Positions 1-8,350 of a stretch of DNA of 55,636 nt are shown here, piece by piece. The notes beneath the pieces were generated by a model, which saw nothing but the letters and a program-made list of their open reading frames with translations, was not told the DNA's origin and searched no databases. This DNA is from Dehalococcoidia bacterium (GTDB lineage Bacteria; Chloroflexota; Dehalococcoidia; DSTF01; JACRBR01): contig JBBQVO010000002.1 in NCBI GenBank assembly GCA_038211505.1, positions 1 through 55,636 on the forward strand, written 5' to 3'. The position numbers and the translations under genes were made by a program. Position 1 is the first letter of the stretch, and each line of letters begins with the position of its first letter.

Positions 1-1
1 C

Positions 2-469
2 GTCGAGAAAGTGACCGAGATCGGTGTGCGCACGATCACGCCGCTGCGTGCGGCGCGCGCCGTCGTGAAGACGGCCGGCGATGGAAATCGCGCTGAGCGC
101 TGGCGGCGGATCGCGATAGAGGCGGCGGAGCAGTGCGGCCGCAGCATCGTGCCTGAGATCGGCATGCCACGCGCGTTCGACGACGCGATCGCGTCCGCTC
201 CGGGCATCGTACTGCTGCCGTATGAGTCGGCGGGCGATGTCGCGCCGAGCATTCATACGGCGCTCGCGGCCTCGATCGACGAGCTGTTCGCTTTGTCGGC
301 TGTGAGCATCTTCATCGGCCCAGAGGGCGGTTATGAGCCAGCTGAGGTAGAGCGCGCCGTCGCCGTGGGCGCGACGATCGTGACGCTCGGCGAGCGGGTA
401 CTCCGTTCGGAGACTGCCGGCATCGTCGCGTCGACGCTCGTCATGCATGCGGTCGGCAGCCTGGGGTGA
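2..469 (+). CDS. rsmE: 16S rRNA m3U1498 methyltransferase RsmE (5' end outside window)
   Basis: EKVTEIGV, RWRRIAIEAAEQCGR, IFIGPEGG and LGERVLRSETA SPOUT motifs; frame is open to the window edge. Confidence 0.95.
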   Translation, partial: VEKVTEIGVRTITPLRAARAVVKTAGDGNRAERWRRIAIEAAEQCGRSIVPEIGMPRAFDDAIASAPGIVLLPYESAGDVAPSIHTALAASIDELFALSAVSIFIGPEGGYEPAEVERAVAVGATIVTLGERVLRSETAGIVASTLVMHAVGSLG

Positions 470-478
470 CGGTCGGCT

Positions 479-1312
479 TTAATTCATCGGAGCGCCGCCG
501 GTGACGTTGAGGGTCTGGCCGGTGATCCAGGCGGCGTCGTCGGACGCGAAGAAGGCGACGGCGCCGGCGATGTCGGCAGGGCGGCCCTGGCGGCCGAGGG
601 CGATCGATCGGACGACGGCGTTCTTCATCGACGCCATCTCGCCGCCGTAGCGGGTCGCCATGTGCTGGAACGTGCCGTCCATCATGTCGGTGTCGACGGA
701 GCCGGGCGCGACGCAGTTGACGGTGATCTGATGCGGCGCCGCCTCGAGCGCCAGCATCTGCGTCAGGCCGACGATGCCCCACTTCGTCGCGCAGTAAGCG
801 CCGTACTGCGGCACACCGATGCGTCCCGCCGCCGACGAGATGTTGATGATGCGGCCGCCCTGCTTCGCTTCGACCATCGGCCGCATCGCGCGGCTCGTCA
901 GCAGGTATACGCCGTTGAGATTGACGTCCATCACGTCGTACCACTCGCGGTCGTCGATCTCCCAGAGACTCTTCTCGCCGCAGTAGGCGACGCCGGCGTT
1001 GTTGACAATGATGTCGATGCCCCCGAACGTCCGCACCGTCTGCGCGACGAGATCATCGACCTCCGCCGCGCGCGTAAGATCGGCATCGAGGCCGAGCGCG
1101 CGACGGCCGAGCGCCGTGATCTCGTCGGCCGTGGATACGGAGCCACGCCAGCCCATCGACTTCTCGTCGTCGGGGAACGCGTCTCGTGCGCGTCGTGAAC
1201 CAACGGCGACGATATCGGCGCCATCGGCTGCGAGACGGAGCGCGATGCCGCGCCCAATGCCGCGATGGCGCGCGGCACCGGTGACGATCGCTACTTTGCC
1301 ATCGAGTGACAT
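479..1312 (-). CDS. SDR family NAD(P)-dependent oxidoreductase
   Basis: TGAARHRGIG, NNAG, YCATK (YxxxK); AGGAG RBS before ATG at 1312; the longer ORF start runs into a repeat. Confidence 0.92.
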   Translation of the reverse strand: MSLDGKVAIVTGAARHRGIGRGIALRLAADGADIVAVGSRRARDAFPDDEKSMGWRGSVSTADEITALGRRALGLDADLTRAAEVDDLVAQTVRTFGGIDIIVNNAGVAYCGEKSLWEIDDREWYDVMDVNLNGVYLLTSRAMRPMVEAKQGGRIINISSAAGRIGVPQYGAYCATKWGIVGLTQMLALEAAPHQITVNCVAPGSVDTDMMDGTFQHMATRYGGEMASMKNAVVRSIALGRQGRPADIAGAVAFFASDDAAWITGQTLNVTGGAPMN

Positions 1313-1375
1313 GTGTGGACTCCTCTCGTCGTAACTGTCCCTGCGGGCGCGACTGTCATTCCTGACGTGGTGGCT

Positions 1376-1516
1376 GTCATTCTGAGCGAAGCGAAGAACC
1401 GCAGGTGCCCGTGGTATCTCTCCGTTGTCATGACGAATGCAGTCCCGGGACCGAACGCAGCCCGCGTACGAACGACTGAGGCTGTCCGAGAGATTCTTCG
1501 CTTCGCACAGAATGAC
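1376..1516. mobile_element. Non-autonomous inverted-repeat (MITE/REPIN-like) element, copy 1
   Basis: GTCATTCTGAGCGAAGCGAAGAA at 1376 and AGATTCTTCGCTTCGCACAGAATGAC at 1491-1516; interior similar to copies at 15795 and 21214. Confidence 0.8.
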
Positions 1517-1563
1517 AGCATGGGCGCGCCGCTTCCGTTTGCGATGGCGTTGGCGTCCCGCGC

Positions 1564-1589
1564 GGGCGGCCACATCGGGCCGCCCCTAC
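1564..1589 (-). repeat. GTAG-type REP hairpin, family A
   Basis: Minus strand GTAGGGGCGGCCCGATGTGGCCGCCC; identical copy at 15970-15995 and a GCAG variant at 21140-21165. Confidence 0.85.
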
Positions 1590-1631
1590 AGGCATTCGTC
1601 ACTACCTTCGAGACTGAGAGCCGGGCCGAAG

Positions 1632-2228
1632 TCACCTGCTAGAGCGTTTCGGTGTCGCGCGTCTTCGGGTGAGAGCGTTCTTCCTAGCGGCGGTGGCGGT
1701 ACGTGTGGTGGTAGCGCGTTGTTTTGGGAAGACCCAGCGGGTGGCGCTTGCCTGGAAGGCGCGCTCCGACCAGGTAAGCGCGACGTCTGGGTGCAAGCGG
1801 TAGACGCCGTACATGGGGTTGTCGGTGTCCACGCGGAAGGCGTACTTCTTCTCGTATACGTCGGCGAATCGCTTGAGCTCGGCGCCGTCGGTGACGCACT
1901 CGGCGCGGCCTTCGAGGATGACCGCCTCATCGCCGCTCTCGAGGTGGATGACGATGTCCGGGCGCGCGGCGACGTTGCGGCCCTTTACCGATGCGGGGTC
2001 GCTGCTGAAGTAGACGGCGCCGTCGAGCCACAGCCCCCACACGGGGATCGCGTGCGCGCGTCCACCGCGGCGAGTCGACGTGATCCAGTAGTTGCGTGAG
2101 GCTTTCAGCCGCCGTTCGGCAGCGGCCCACGAGAACCGCCTGGTGTTCGGCGGCGTCGTAGCGACGCCGTAGCCGGGCGTCATGCGCGGACGCTGGGCCT
2201 TCGGTGGTGCTGTGGGTTTCGCTGGCAT
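1632..2228 (-). CDS. Pyridoxamine 5'-phosphate oxidase-like (split-barrel, possibly F420-dependent) protein
   Basis: NYWITSTRRGGRAHAIPVWG...SVKGRNVAARP...VILEGRA; AGGAGG RBS. Confidence 0.85.
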   Translation of the reverse strand: MPAKPTAPPKAQRPRMTPGYGVATTPPNTRRFSWAAAERRLKASRNYWITSTRRGGRAHAIPVWGLWLDGAVYFSSDPASVKGRNVAARPDIVIHLESGDEAVILEGRAECVTDGAELKRFADVYEKKYAFRVDTDNPMYGVYRLHPDVALTWSERAFQASATRWVFPKQRATTTRTATAARKNALTRRRATPKRSSR

Positions 2229-2242
2229 ATGACCTCCTGCGG

Positions 2243-3199
2243 TTACTCGCGATGCACGTGGATACCGGCATCCTGCAGCGCCGTCGAATCATCGCGCGCG
2301 GCCGGCTCGTCTGGATCGACGTGCACGGTGACGCGCGCGCCGGGAATCTTCGTTCGCAACTCTTCGTCGATGTGCTCGATCAGCGCGTGCGCCTCGCGTA
2401 CCGAGAGCTCCGGATCGACGAGCACGTGCAGATCGATGTGAATCTCGCGTCCGGACTTGCGCGTGCGCAGCTCATGATAGCCGCGCACACCGTGCGTCGG
2501 ATGCGTTAGCGCGTCGTTGATCAGCGTGAGCGATGCGGCCGGTAGCGCGGTGTCGATCAACTCGCGGAGGGCGTCGCGGAAGATGCCCGCGGCGATATAC
2601 AGCAGGAAGGCGGCGAGCAGCAACGCGACGATCTGGTCGAAGATGGCGTGTCCCGTGATGGCGACGAGCGACAGGCCGGCGCCGATCGCGACTGCCTGTA
2701 CGACGTTCGTCATCAGATGCCGCGCATCGGCCGAGATCGCCACGGAGCCGCTGACGCGCGCCGCGTGCCGCGAGTAAGCCGCGACGCCGACATTGACGAC
2801 AGCGGTAATGCCGATCGTGATCAGCGACGGGCCAATCTGAATGTTTGAATCGCGCGCGATCATGCGCAGGATCGCGGCGATCGCGATGAAGACCGCGCCG
2901 CCGGCGATCAACGCGCCCTGCGACATCGCCGCGAGGCTCTCAGCTTTGCCGTGGCCGTAAGGATGTGCCTCGTCGGCGGGTTGTAGCGCCAGACGCACGG
3001 TGAAGAAGGCGAGACCGGAAGCGAAGAGGTCCTCGGCGCTATCGACGCCGTCGCCAAGCACGGCGATCGACCCGAATACGAGGCCCATCGTGATCTTGAG
3101 CGTCATCAGGATCGCGTTCGATCCGAAGGACAGCGCCGCCGCGCGGCTGGCGATGTCGAAGGACGCGAATCGGCTCGTGTCGGTGCGCGAGTCGGACAT
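2243..3199 (-). CDS. Cation diffusion facilitator (FieF-like) transporter
   Basis: DGVDSAED, PADEAHPYGHGKAE, ADARHL, C-terminal LRTRKSG...HVDP dimerisation domain; TATCAT 7 nt before ATG 3199. Confidence 0.92.
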   Translation of the reverse strand: MSDSRTDTSRFASFDIASRAAALSFGSNAILMTLKITMGLVFGSIAVLGDGVDSAEDLFASGLAFFTVRLALQPADEAHPYGHGKAESLAAMSQGALIAGGAVFIAIAAILRMIARDSNIQIGPSLITIGITAVVNVGVAAYSRHAARVSGSVAISADARHLMTNVVQAVAIGAGLSLVAITGHAIFDQIVALLLAAFLLYIAAGIFRDALRELIDTALPAASLTLINDALTHPTHGVRGYHELRTRKSGREIHIDLHVLVDPELSVREAHALIEHIDEELRTKIPGARVTVHVDPDEPAARDDSTALQDAGIHVHRE

Positions 3200-3316
3200 G
3201 AGCGACATGATAGCGACGAACGTAGTTCGACGGGCCGCCGAGGCGAGTTCGACGATCCGTGCGAGTTTGGTATCGCGCGTGATCGTGAGCGCGTCGAAGG
3301 GTTCGTTCCACCGGGC

Positions 3317-3342
3317 GGGACAGCCGGGGGCGGCTATCCTAC
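3317..3342 (-). repeat. GTAG-type REP hairpin, family B
   Basis: Minus strand GTAGGATAGCCGCCCCCGGCTGTCCC: GTAG followed by an imperfect palindrome, intergenic. Confidence 0.7.
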
Positions 3343-3403
3343 GCGATTGGAGGCGACTCGGACGTCTCGTCGCTGACATGCGACAGCGGAATCGTCCGAG
3401 ATC

Positions 3404-4678
3404 TTAGACGGCTACAGGATCGTTCGTGCGTTCGCGGCGGATGTCGTCGGTGGCGCCGTCGATCTGGTCCGGTTGTTTCGATTCGGCGCGGTCCCAGAGG
3501 ATCAAGACGCCGACGCCGATGACCAGCGTGAGCGCGCCGAAGACGCCGAACACGGTGCGCAGGCCGAACTGATCGGCGAGGACGCCAGCGAGCGGCTGCG
3601 TGCCGGCAAAGATGAAGTTGCCGATGACGCTTTGCACCGACAGCATCGTTGCGCGGCGCTCGCTCGGGATGCGTTTGTTGACGTACGTCGCGAGCACGGG
3701 GTTCTGCATGCCGGCGACGAGACCGACGCCGAGGAACGCCGACGCCATCCACGCGTGATCGACGCCGGCGAGCGCGAGATTGCAGACGCCGATCGTGATC
3801 GGTAGCGCGAAGAAGGCGCCGCGCTGGCCGAGTCGTGAGACATACCGGCCGGCGAGCAGCGCCGAGATGATGCCTGCGCCGCGCACGGGCGCCTGCCACA
3901 GGCCGAGCGCGCCCGTGCCGACGCCGTGGTGGTCGAGAAACGGCTGCTGAAAGACGAGCGGCGTGAAGGTCGCGGCCATGATGACGCCGCTGAACAGGAA
4001 GATGTAGCGCAGCGACGGCTGGCGCCACGCATCGCCAATGCCGGCGACGAGCGTGCGGAAGTAGTGCTCCTGCGTGTCAGCGCGCGCGCGTCGCGGCTCG
4101 TGCATCGAGAACGCGACGGGCACGGCGAGAATGGCGATGCCGGCGCTGAAGAGGATCGGCGTCGAGTAGGACGTCGCCTGCGCGATCGGCGCGCCGATCA
4201 GGATCGCCAGCAGCACGGCGAACGACGTCAGCGCCCAGAGCCGGCTATTGATCTTCTCGAAGTCATCCTCGCGATCGATCTGTTTCAGGCTGTCGTAGAG
4301 AAGGGCGGCGTCGGCGCCCGACTGAAACGTGAGGCCGAGGCCCCACGCCGTGTACGACGCGAGGATGACGAAGTAGTTGTCGGCGATGCCGAAGATGAAG
4401 ACGGCGACGGCGAAAAGCATGCTGCCGAGCATTAGCGACGTTCGCCGGCCGAAGTGATCGGCGATCGCGCCGGTCGGCACTTCGGCAAGCATCACGAGCA
4501 GGAAGAACGGCGTATCGAGCAGCGTGATCTGCGTCAGCGAGAGGCCGCGCTGCTTCTGCAGATAGATCACCCAGATCGGCCACCACAGCTGAAACTGCAT
4601 CAAGAAGCGATAGACGTACGACTTCCAGATGTTGGATTCGTACGCCATGTCGTCGCGGATGCGGGCGAGCAGATCCAT
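3404..4678 (-). CDS. MFS transporter
   Basis: EVPTGAIADHFGRR motif A, SGADAALLYDSL, about 12 hydrophobic segments. Confidence 0.92.
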   Translation of the reverse strand: MDLLARIRDDMAYESNIWKSYVYRFLMQFQLWWPIWVIYLQKQRGLSLTQITLLDTPFFLLVMLAEVPTGAIADHFGRRTSLMLGSMLFAVAVFIFGIADNYFVILASYTAWGLGLTFQSGADAALLYDSLKQIDREDDFEKINSRLWALTSFAVLLAILIGAPIAQATSYSTPILFSAGIAILAVPVAFSMHEPRRARADTQEHYFRTLVAGIGDAWRQPSLRYIFLFSGVIMAATFTPLVFQQPFLDHHGVGTGALGLWQAPVRGAGIISALLAGRYVSRLGQRGAFFALPITIGVCNLALAGVDHAWMASAFLGVGLVAGMQNPVLATYVNKRIPSERRATMLSVQSVIGNFIFAGTQPLAGVLADQFGLRTVFGVFGALTLVIGVGVLILWDRAESKQPDQIDGATDDIRRERTNDPVAV

Positions 4679-4715
4679 AGGCGGGGAGTATATCGAGGGC
4701 GCGCGAGCCGGTACG

Positions 4716-4745
4716 AAAATGAGGGGCTCGCGATGAGCCCCTCAT
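4716..4745 (-). terminator. Intrinsic terminator after the Yip1-like gene
   Basis: Perfect stem ATGAGGGGCTC/GAGCCCCTCAT ending in TTTT on the minus strand. Confidence 0.75.
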
Positions 4746-4766
4746 GTCAATCGATGCGGGCGACGA

Positions 4767-5411
4767 CTAGCTAAAGCTGCTGAACGAACTGGCGATGTCG
4801 CGGAGCGCATCGACCGGTCGATCGACGATGAAGAACCCCGGCGCCCACGTGTGCTTCGCCGTCGTCAGCAGTCCGAGGATGATCGCCCAAACGGCGAACC
4901 CGGCCGCTGTTGAGACGAGCACGCGGCCAGCGGGAGCATCGGTCGCCGACTGCACGGCGATCACGGTCGTGCCGAAGAGAAGCGCTGTCGCGGTGAGCGC
5001 GATGCCGAAATCGAGGCCCGGTATGAACATCAGGATCGTCAACGCGAGTGGCGCCGTCGCGAAGCCCATGACCCGCACCAACTCGTTGACGTCGGCGCGA
5101 GCGCGGAAGATCTGCGTGAGCATGACGTAGGTGATCGCGACCCAGACTCCCCAGAGGATCAGCGACAGGATCGTGCCGATGATCGTCGACTGGACGAAGA
5201 CCTTGCCGGAGCTGCCGAAGTCGGCGAATAGCCACCAGAGCCAGCCGCCGACGCCGGCCAGGAACGTCGACACGACGGCGACGACGACGGCCGGTATCGT
5301 CGCGTTCGGGTCGGAACGGACCTCATCGAAAACGGTGGTGTCGAGCGTCCCGAGGCGGCGAAGCCGCTGGACGAGGGCGTTCATATCCATGCCGCCCGCT
5401 TGCTGCATCAT
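4767..5411 (-). CDS. Yip1-like multi-pass membrane protein
   Basis: LDTTVFDEVRSDPNAT then about 5 TM segments, LVRVMGFATAP; GGGAGG RBS. Confidence 0.7.
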   Translation of the reverse strand: MMQQAGGMDMNALVQRLRRLGTLDTTVFDEVRSDPNATIPAVVVAVVSTFLAGVGGWLWWLFADFGSSGKVFVQSTIIGTILSLILWGVWVAITYVMLTQIFRARADVNELVRVMGFATAPLALTILMFIPGLDFGIALTATALLFGTTVIAVQSATDAPAGRVLVSTAAGFAVWAIILGLLTTAKHTWAPGFFIVDRPVDALRDIASSFSSFS

Positions 5412-5544
5412 CCTGCACCTCCCTGTGCCTGCCGCCACCAAGGGCGGCCTTGAACCCTCCAACAAAGGATCATCTGCATATCTCTTACTACACTTGGATC
5501 GAGATGTCCAGCATCTTCGCCGGCAAATTCGGGCCGAAGGCGGG

Positions 5545-6258
5545 CTAGAGGGGCGATTTCGCCGGCAAACCCGGCCGGCGCGGGTACTCAGCAGGCGTCT
5601 CGCGCAGCTTCAGCACGGCTACGAGGCTCTGCGGCGGGCCGGGCACGCGGAACGGCACGACGAACGCGCGGCCGCCGATAACGGCGAGCGCCGATGCCGC
5701 ATCCACGACCTCCTGGTCGGCCCGGGAGCCCTTCGGCGTGACCAAGCGGCCGCCAACGCGGGCGAATGGCAGTGTCATCTCGATGAGCGCGGGCAGCGGC
5801 GCCACAGCCCGCGCCAACACGAGATCGAAGCTCGACCGCAGGTGTGCGTCGTGAGCGAGCGTCTCGGCGCGGCCGGTGACGACGGCGACCTCCGGAATGC
5901 CGAGATCTGCGACCAGCGCGCGGAGGAAGTCGGTCTTCTTTGCCGTCGCTTCGAGCAACGTGACGTGTGTGGACGGCCAGACGATCTTCAATACGACGCC
6001 GGGGAAGCCGGCGCCGGAGCCGACGTCAAGGACAGCGCTATCCGGGCGCAAGATCTCGCGCTCGCGCAGCGCCGCGCCGAGCGCGATCGACTCGACGAAG
6101 TGACGTCGTCGGACGACGTCGGGATCGACGTTGCCGACGAGGTTCATGCGCTGCGACCAGTCCGTCAGCAGCGCGAGATATCGCTCGAACTGCGCCAGCT
6201 GCTCGTCGGTGAGCCGAACACCGTATGCCTCGGCGTCTTGCGATAACTCGTCGCGCAT
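5545..6258 (-). CDS. rsmG: 16S rRNA m7G527 methyltransferase RsmG (GidB)
   Basis: MNLV, RHFVES, LDVGSGAGFPG, RAETL, ARAVA, YPRRPGLPAKSPL. Confidence 0.96.
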   Translation of the reverse strand: MRDELSQDAEAYGVRLTDEQLAQFERYLALLTDWSQRMNLVGNVDPDVVRRRHFVESIALGAALREREILRPDSAVLDVGSGAGFPGVVLKIVWPSTHVTLLEATAKKTDFLRALVADLGIPEVAVVTGRAETLAHDAHLRSSFDLVLARAVAPLPALIEMTLPFARVGGRLVTPKGSRADQEVVDAASALAVIGGRAFVVPFRVPGPPQSLVAVLKLRETPAEYPRRPGLPAKSPL

Positions 6259-6282
6259 TGCACGAGCATACCAATCTGATGA

Positions 6283-6312
6283 TTGACGCCCTCTCGAAGA
6301 CGTGCGTACAAT
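6283..6312 (+). promoter_or_regulatory. Sigma70-type promoter of greA
   Basis: TTGACG-N18-TACAAT, then AGGAGG and ATG at 6333. Confidence 0.7.
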
Positions 6313-6332
6313 CAGAAGGCAGGAGGGTCTTT

Positions 6333-7148
6333 ATGGTAGGTGAATCCACGGCGCAGCAGACAAGACTTGAGGATCTCGCGCGCGAGTATCTCGCATCGTT
6401 GAAGCAAGCTCTACGCGAACCGGCGCAGGTTGAAGTCCTCAAGTTCGTCCGCTGGGTCGGACCGGGCAAGGATCTCAGTACGATGCGCGCGCACGACGTC
6501 GCGCAGTACGCCGAGAACTTTCCGCCTACCGTCTCTGATGCGGCGAAGCGCGCGGACTACGTCCGTGCGTTTTTGAAGTGGGCGAAGGAGAAGGGGATCT
6601 GCACGGAGTCCCTCCACACGCACCTCCGCGTCCGCAAAGCATCGAAGTCCAGCTCCAACGCGCAGACGATCGAAGTGCAGCCGATCTATCTCACGAAGGA
6701 AGGCAACGAAGCGCTCGAACACGAGCTCGAGCAGCTGAAGGAGCGGCGTCCGCTGATCCAGGCGGATCTGGCGCGGGCGATGGCCGACAAGGACTTCCGC
6801 GAGAACGCGCCGCTTGATGCCGCGCGCAACGAGCAGGCGCATCTCGAAGCCCGCATCCGTGAAATCGACGGCACGCTCAGGCGCGCCGTCGTCCTTGATC
6901 ATGGCGCCGAGCACCCGGGCGAGCTCTCGCAGATCGGTGACACGATCACGATCCGCGATCTGCGCACGAGCAGCGACAAGACGTACACGCTCGTCAACTC
7001 CGACGAGATGCGTTCCGGCCAGGGCAAGATCTCGATCGCCAGCCCCGTCGGCAAGGCCGTCTACCAGCGCCGCGCCGGCGAAGAAGTCGAAGTAGAAGCC
7101 CCCTCCGGCACCTTCCGTGTCCGCATTCAGGCCATCACGAGTTCGTAA
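6333..7148 (+). CDS. greA: Transcription elongation factor GreA with extra ~110-aa N-terminal domain
   Basis: YLTKEG...DFRENAPLDAA (acidic tip D/E kept), KISIASPVGKA, VEAPSG. Confidence 0.92.
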   Translation: MVGESTAQQTRLEDLAREYLASLKQALREPAQVEVLKFVRWVGPGKDLSTMRAHDVAQYAENFPPTVSDAAKRADYVRAFLKWAKEKGICTESLHTHLRVRKASKSSSNAQTIEVQPIYLTKEGNEALEHELEQLKERRPLIQADLARAMADKDFRENAPLDAARNEQAHLEARIREIDGTLRRAVVLDHGAEHPGELSQIGDTITIRDLRTSSDKTYTLVNSDEMRSGQGKISIASPVGKAVYQRRAGEEVEVEAPSGTFRVRIQAITSS

Positions 7149-7212
7149 GCCTGTTGTGCGGCCCGCATCGTCAGTATGAGTCCACATGGCGTATTTTGAG
7201 CGCGCCAACACT

Positions 7213-7260
7213 GTCATTCTGAGCGAAGCGAAGAATCTCTCCGGTGTTGCCGCCAATGCA
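7213..7260 (+). repeat. Solo arm of the inverted-repeat element (copy 2)
   Basis: GTCATTCTGAGCGAAGCGAAGAATCTCTCCGG followed by the internal AATGCA(GT) motif; no partner arm seen. Confidence 0.75.
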
Positions 7261-7321
7261 GTGAAGCGTCGGGCGCACGCGCTGGGGCACAGAGAACCAT
7301 CAAAGCCTGGTGGCGACCGCG

Positions 7322-7370
7322 CACCTCACCCCGGCCTTCGGCCACCCCTCTCCACGCAGTGGAGAGGGGA
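7322..7370 (+). repeat. CCTCACCCC...CCCCTCTCCACGCAGTGGAGAGGGG hairpin repeat
   Basis: Double hairpin; related copy in opposite orientation at 14050-14089. Confidence 0.7.
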
Positions 7371-7456
7371 CTCGTGCGAACAGCGAACTGAAACTCGGAG
7401 GCACGTCTTCTGCCTCGATTCGCGGCACCGCGCGATCATCGATCGGCCTGACGATG

Positions 7457-8302
7457 TTACACGCCTTTGAACGTCGGCTGGCGCTTCTCCACGAATGCCT
7501 TCGCCGCTTCCTGGTGGTCGCGCGTGAGGCCCGAGAGCTGCATGTTGATCGCTTCCTGATCGAGCAGCGTGACGAGATCGCTATTCTCGGCGCGGTTGAG
7601 GTTCTCCTTCATGCGCTGGAAGGCGAGCGTCGGGCCGTTGGCGAGCTGCGCGGCGAACTTCAGCGTCTCCGCTTCGAGATCGTCGTGGGCGACGACGCGG
7701 TTCACCATGCCGATCTTCATCGCGTCCTCGGCGCTCAGCATCTCGCCGGTGAAGTAGAGCTCGCGCGCCTTGCCGGTGCCGACGAGCTTCTGCAGGAAGA
7801 ACGAGCCGCCGAAGTCGCCGGAGAAGCCGACGTTCCGGAAGATCGTGCCGAGCTTCGCGCGGTCCGACGCGATGCGCATGTCGCAGGCGAGCGCGAGGCT
7901 CAGGCCGGCGCCGACCGCGTGGCCGTTGACCATCGCGATCGTCGGCTTCGGCATCGTGTGCAACACGTAGCTCGTCGCTCGCTGCGACGAACGCAGACCC
8001 TCGACGCCGCGCGCGAGCGCCGCCGCCGGCGACGACTCGCCGTTCGACGCGCCGCCGGCGCTATTCGCGAGGATAGCATCGCGTCCGGCCGCCATCCCCT
8101 TGACGTCGCCGCCGGCGCAGAAGGCGCGGCCGGCGCCGGTCAGTACGACGGCGCGCACGTGCCGGTCGCCGCTGCAGTCGGCGAGATACTGCGCCAGCAT
8201 CGGCATCAGCACGCCGCCCATCGCGTTCAGGCTCTCCGGCCGGTTAAGCGTGATCACCGCCACGCCGTCGTCCCGCTTGTCGATCAGTACATCATCTGCC
8301 AT
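7457..8302 (-). CDS. Enoyl-CoA hydratase/isomerase (crotonase superfamily, PaaG-like)
   Basis: TLNRPESLNAM, FCAGGDV, VNGHAVGAG, GFSGDFGGS, AFVEKRQPTF. Confidence 0.93.
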   Translation of the reverse strand: MADDVLIDKRDDGVAVITLNRPESLNAMGGVLMPMLAQYLADCSGDRHVRAVVLTGAGRAFCAGGDVKGMAAGRDAILANSAGGASNGESSPAAALARGVEGLRSSQRATSYVLHTMPKPTIAMVNGHAVGAGLSLALACDMRIASDRAKLGTIFRNVGFSGDFGGSFFLQKLVGTGKARELYFTGEMLSAEDAMKIGMVNRVVAHDDLEAETLKFAAQLANGPTLAFQRMKENLNRAENSDLVTLLDQEAINMQLSGLTRDHQEAAKAFVEKRQPTFKGV

Positions 8303-8350
8303 GTGAGTTCCTCCGTGCGTTTGTCGACGATGCTTCGTGTGTTTTTCGGC

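Noticed and set aside
479-1312. Mycofactocin-dependent SDR
   Set aside because: It has an insertion after the second strand, but the sequence differs from the pattern I recall for that family and no mft genes are in the window.
1313-1642. Short ORFs and ORF extensions containing VILSEAKNL / RFFASLRMT / LRFAQND (also at 7186, 15829, 21091 and the extended starts of the SDR, cinA and CoA-transferase ORFs)
   Set aside because: These peptides are translations of the inverted-repeat arms, not genes.
1632-1730. Basic C-terminal extension on the PPOX-like protein as a nucleic-acid-binding tail
   Set aside because: Equally explained by stop-codon loss into GC-rich DNA; no repeat pattern or other support.
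3217-3229. CGAACGTAGTTCG palindrome as a LexA box
   Set aside because: Spacer is 3 nt rather than the 4 nt of GAAC-N4-GTTC, and it precedes a metal transporter; it may be another operator but I cannot support that.
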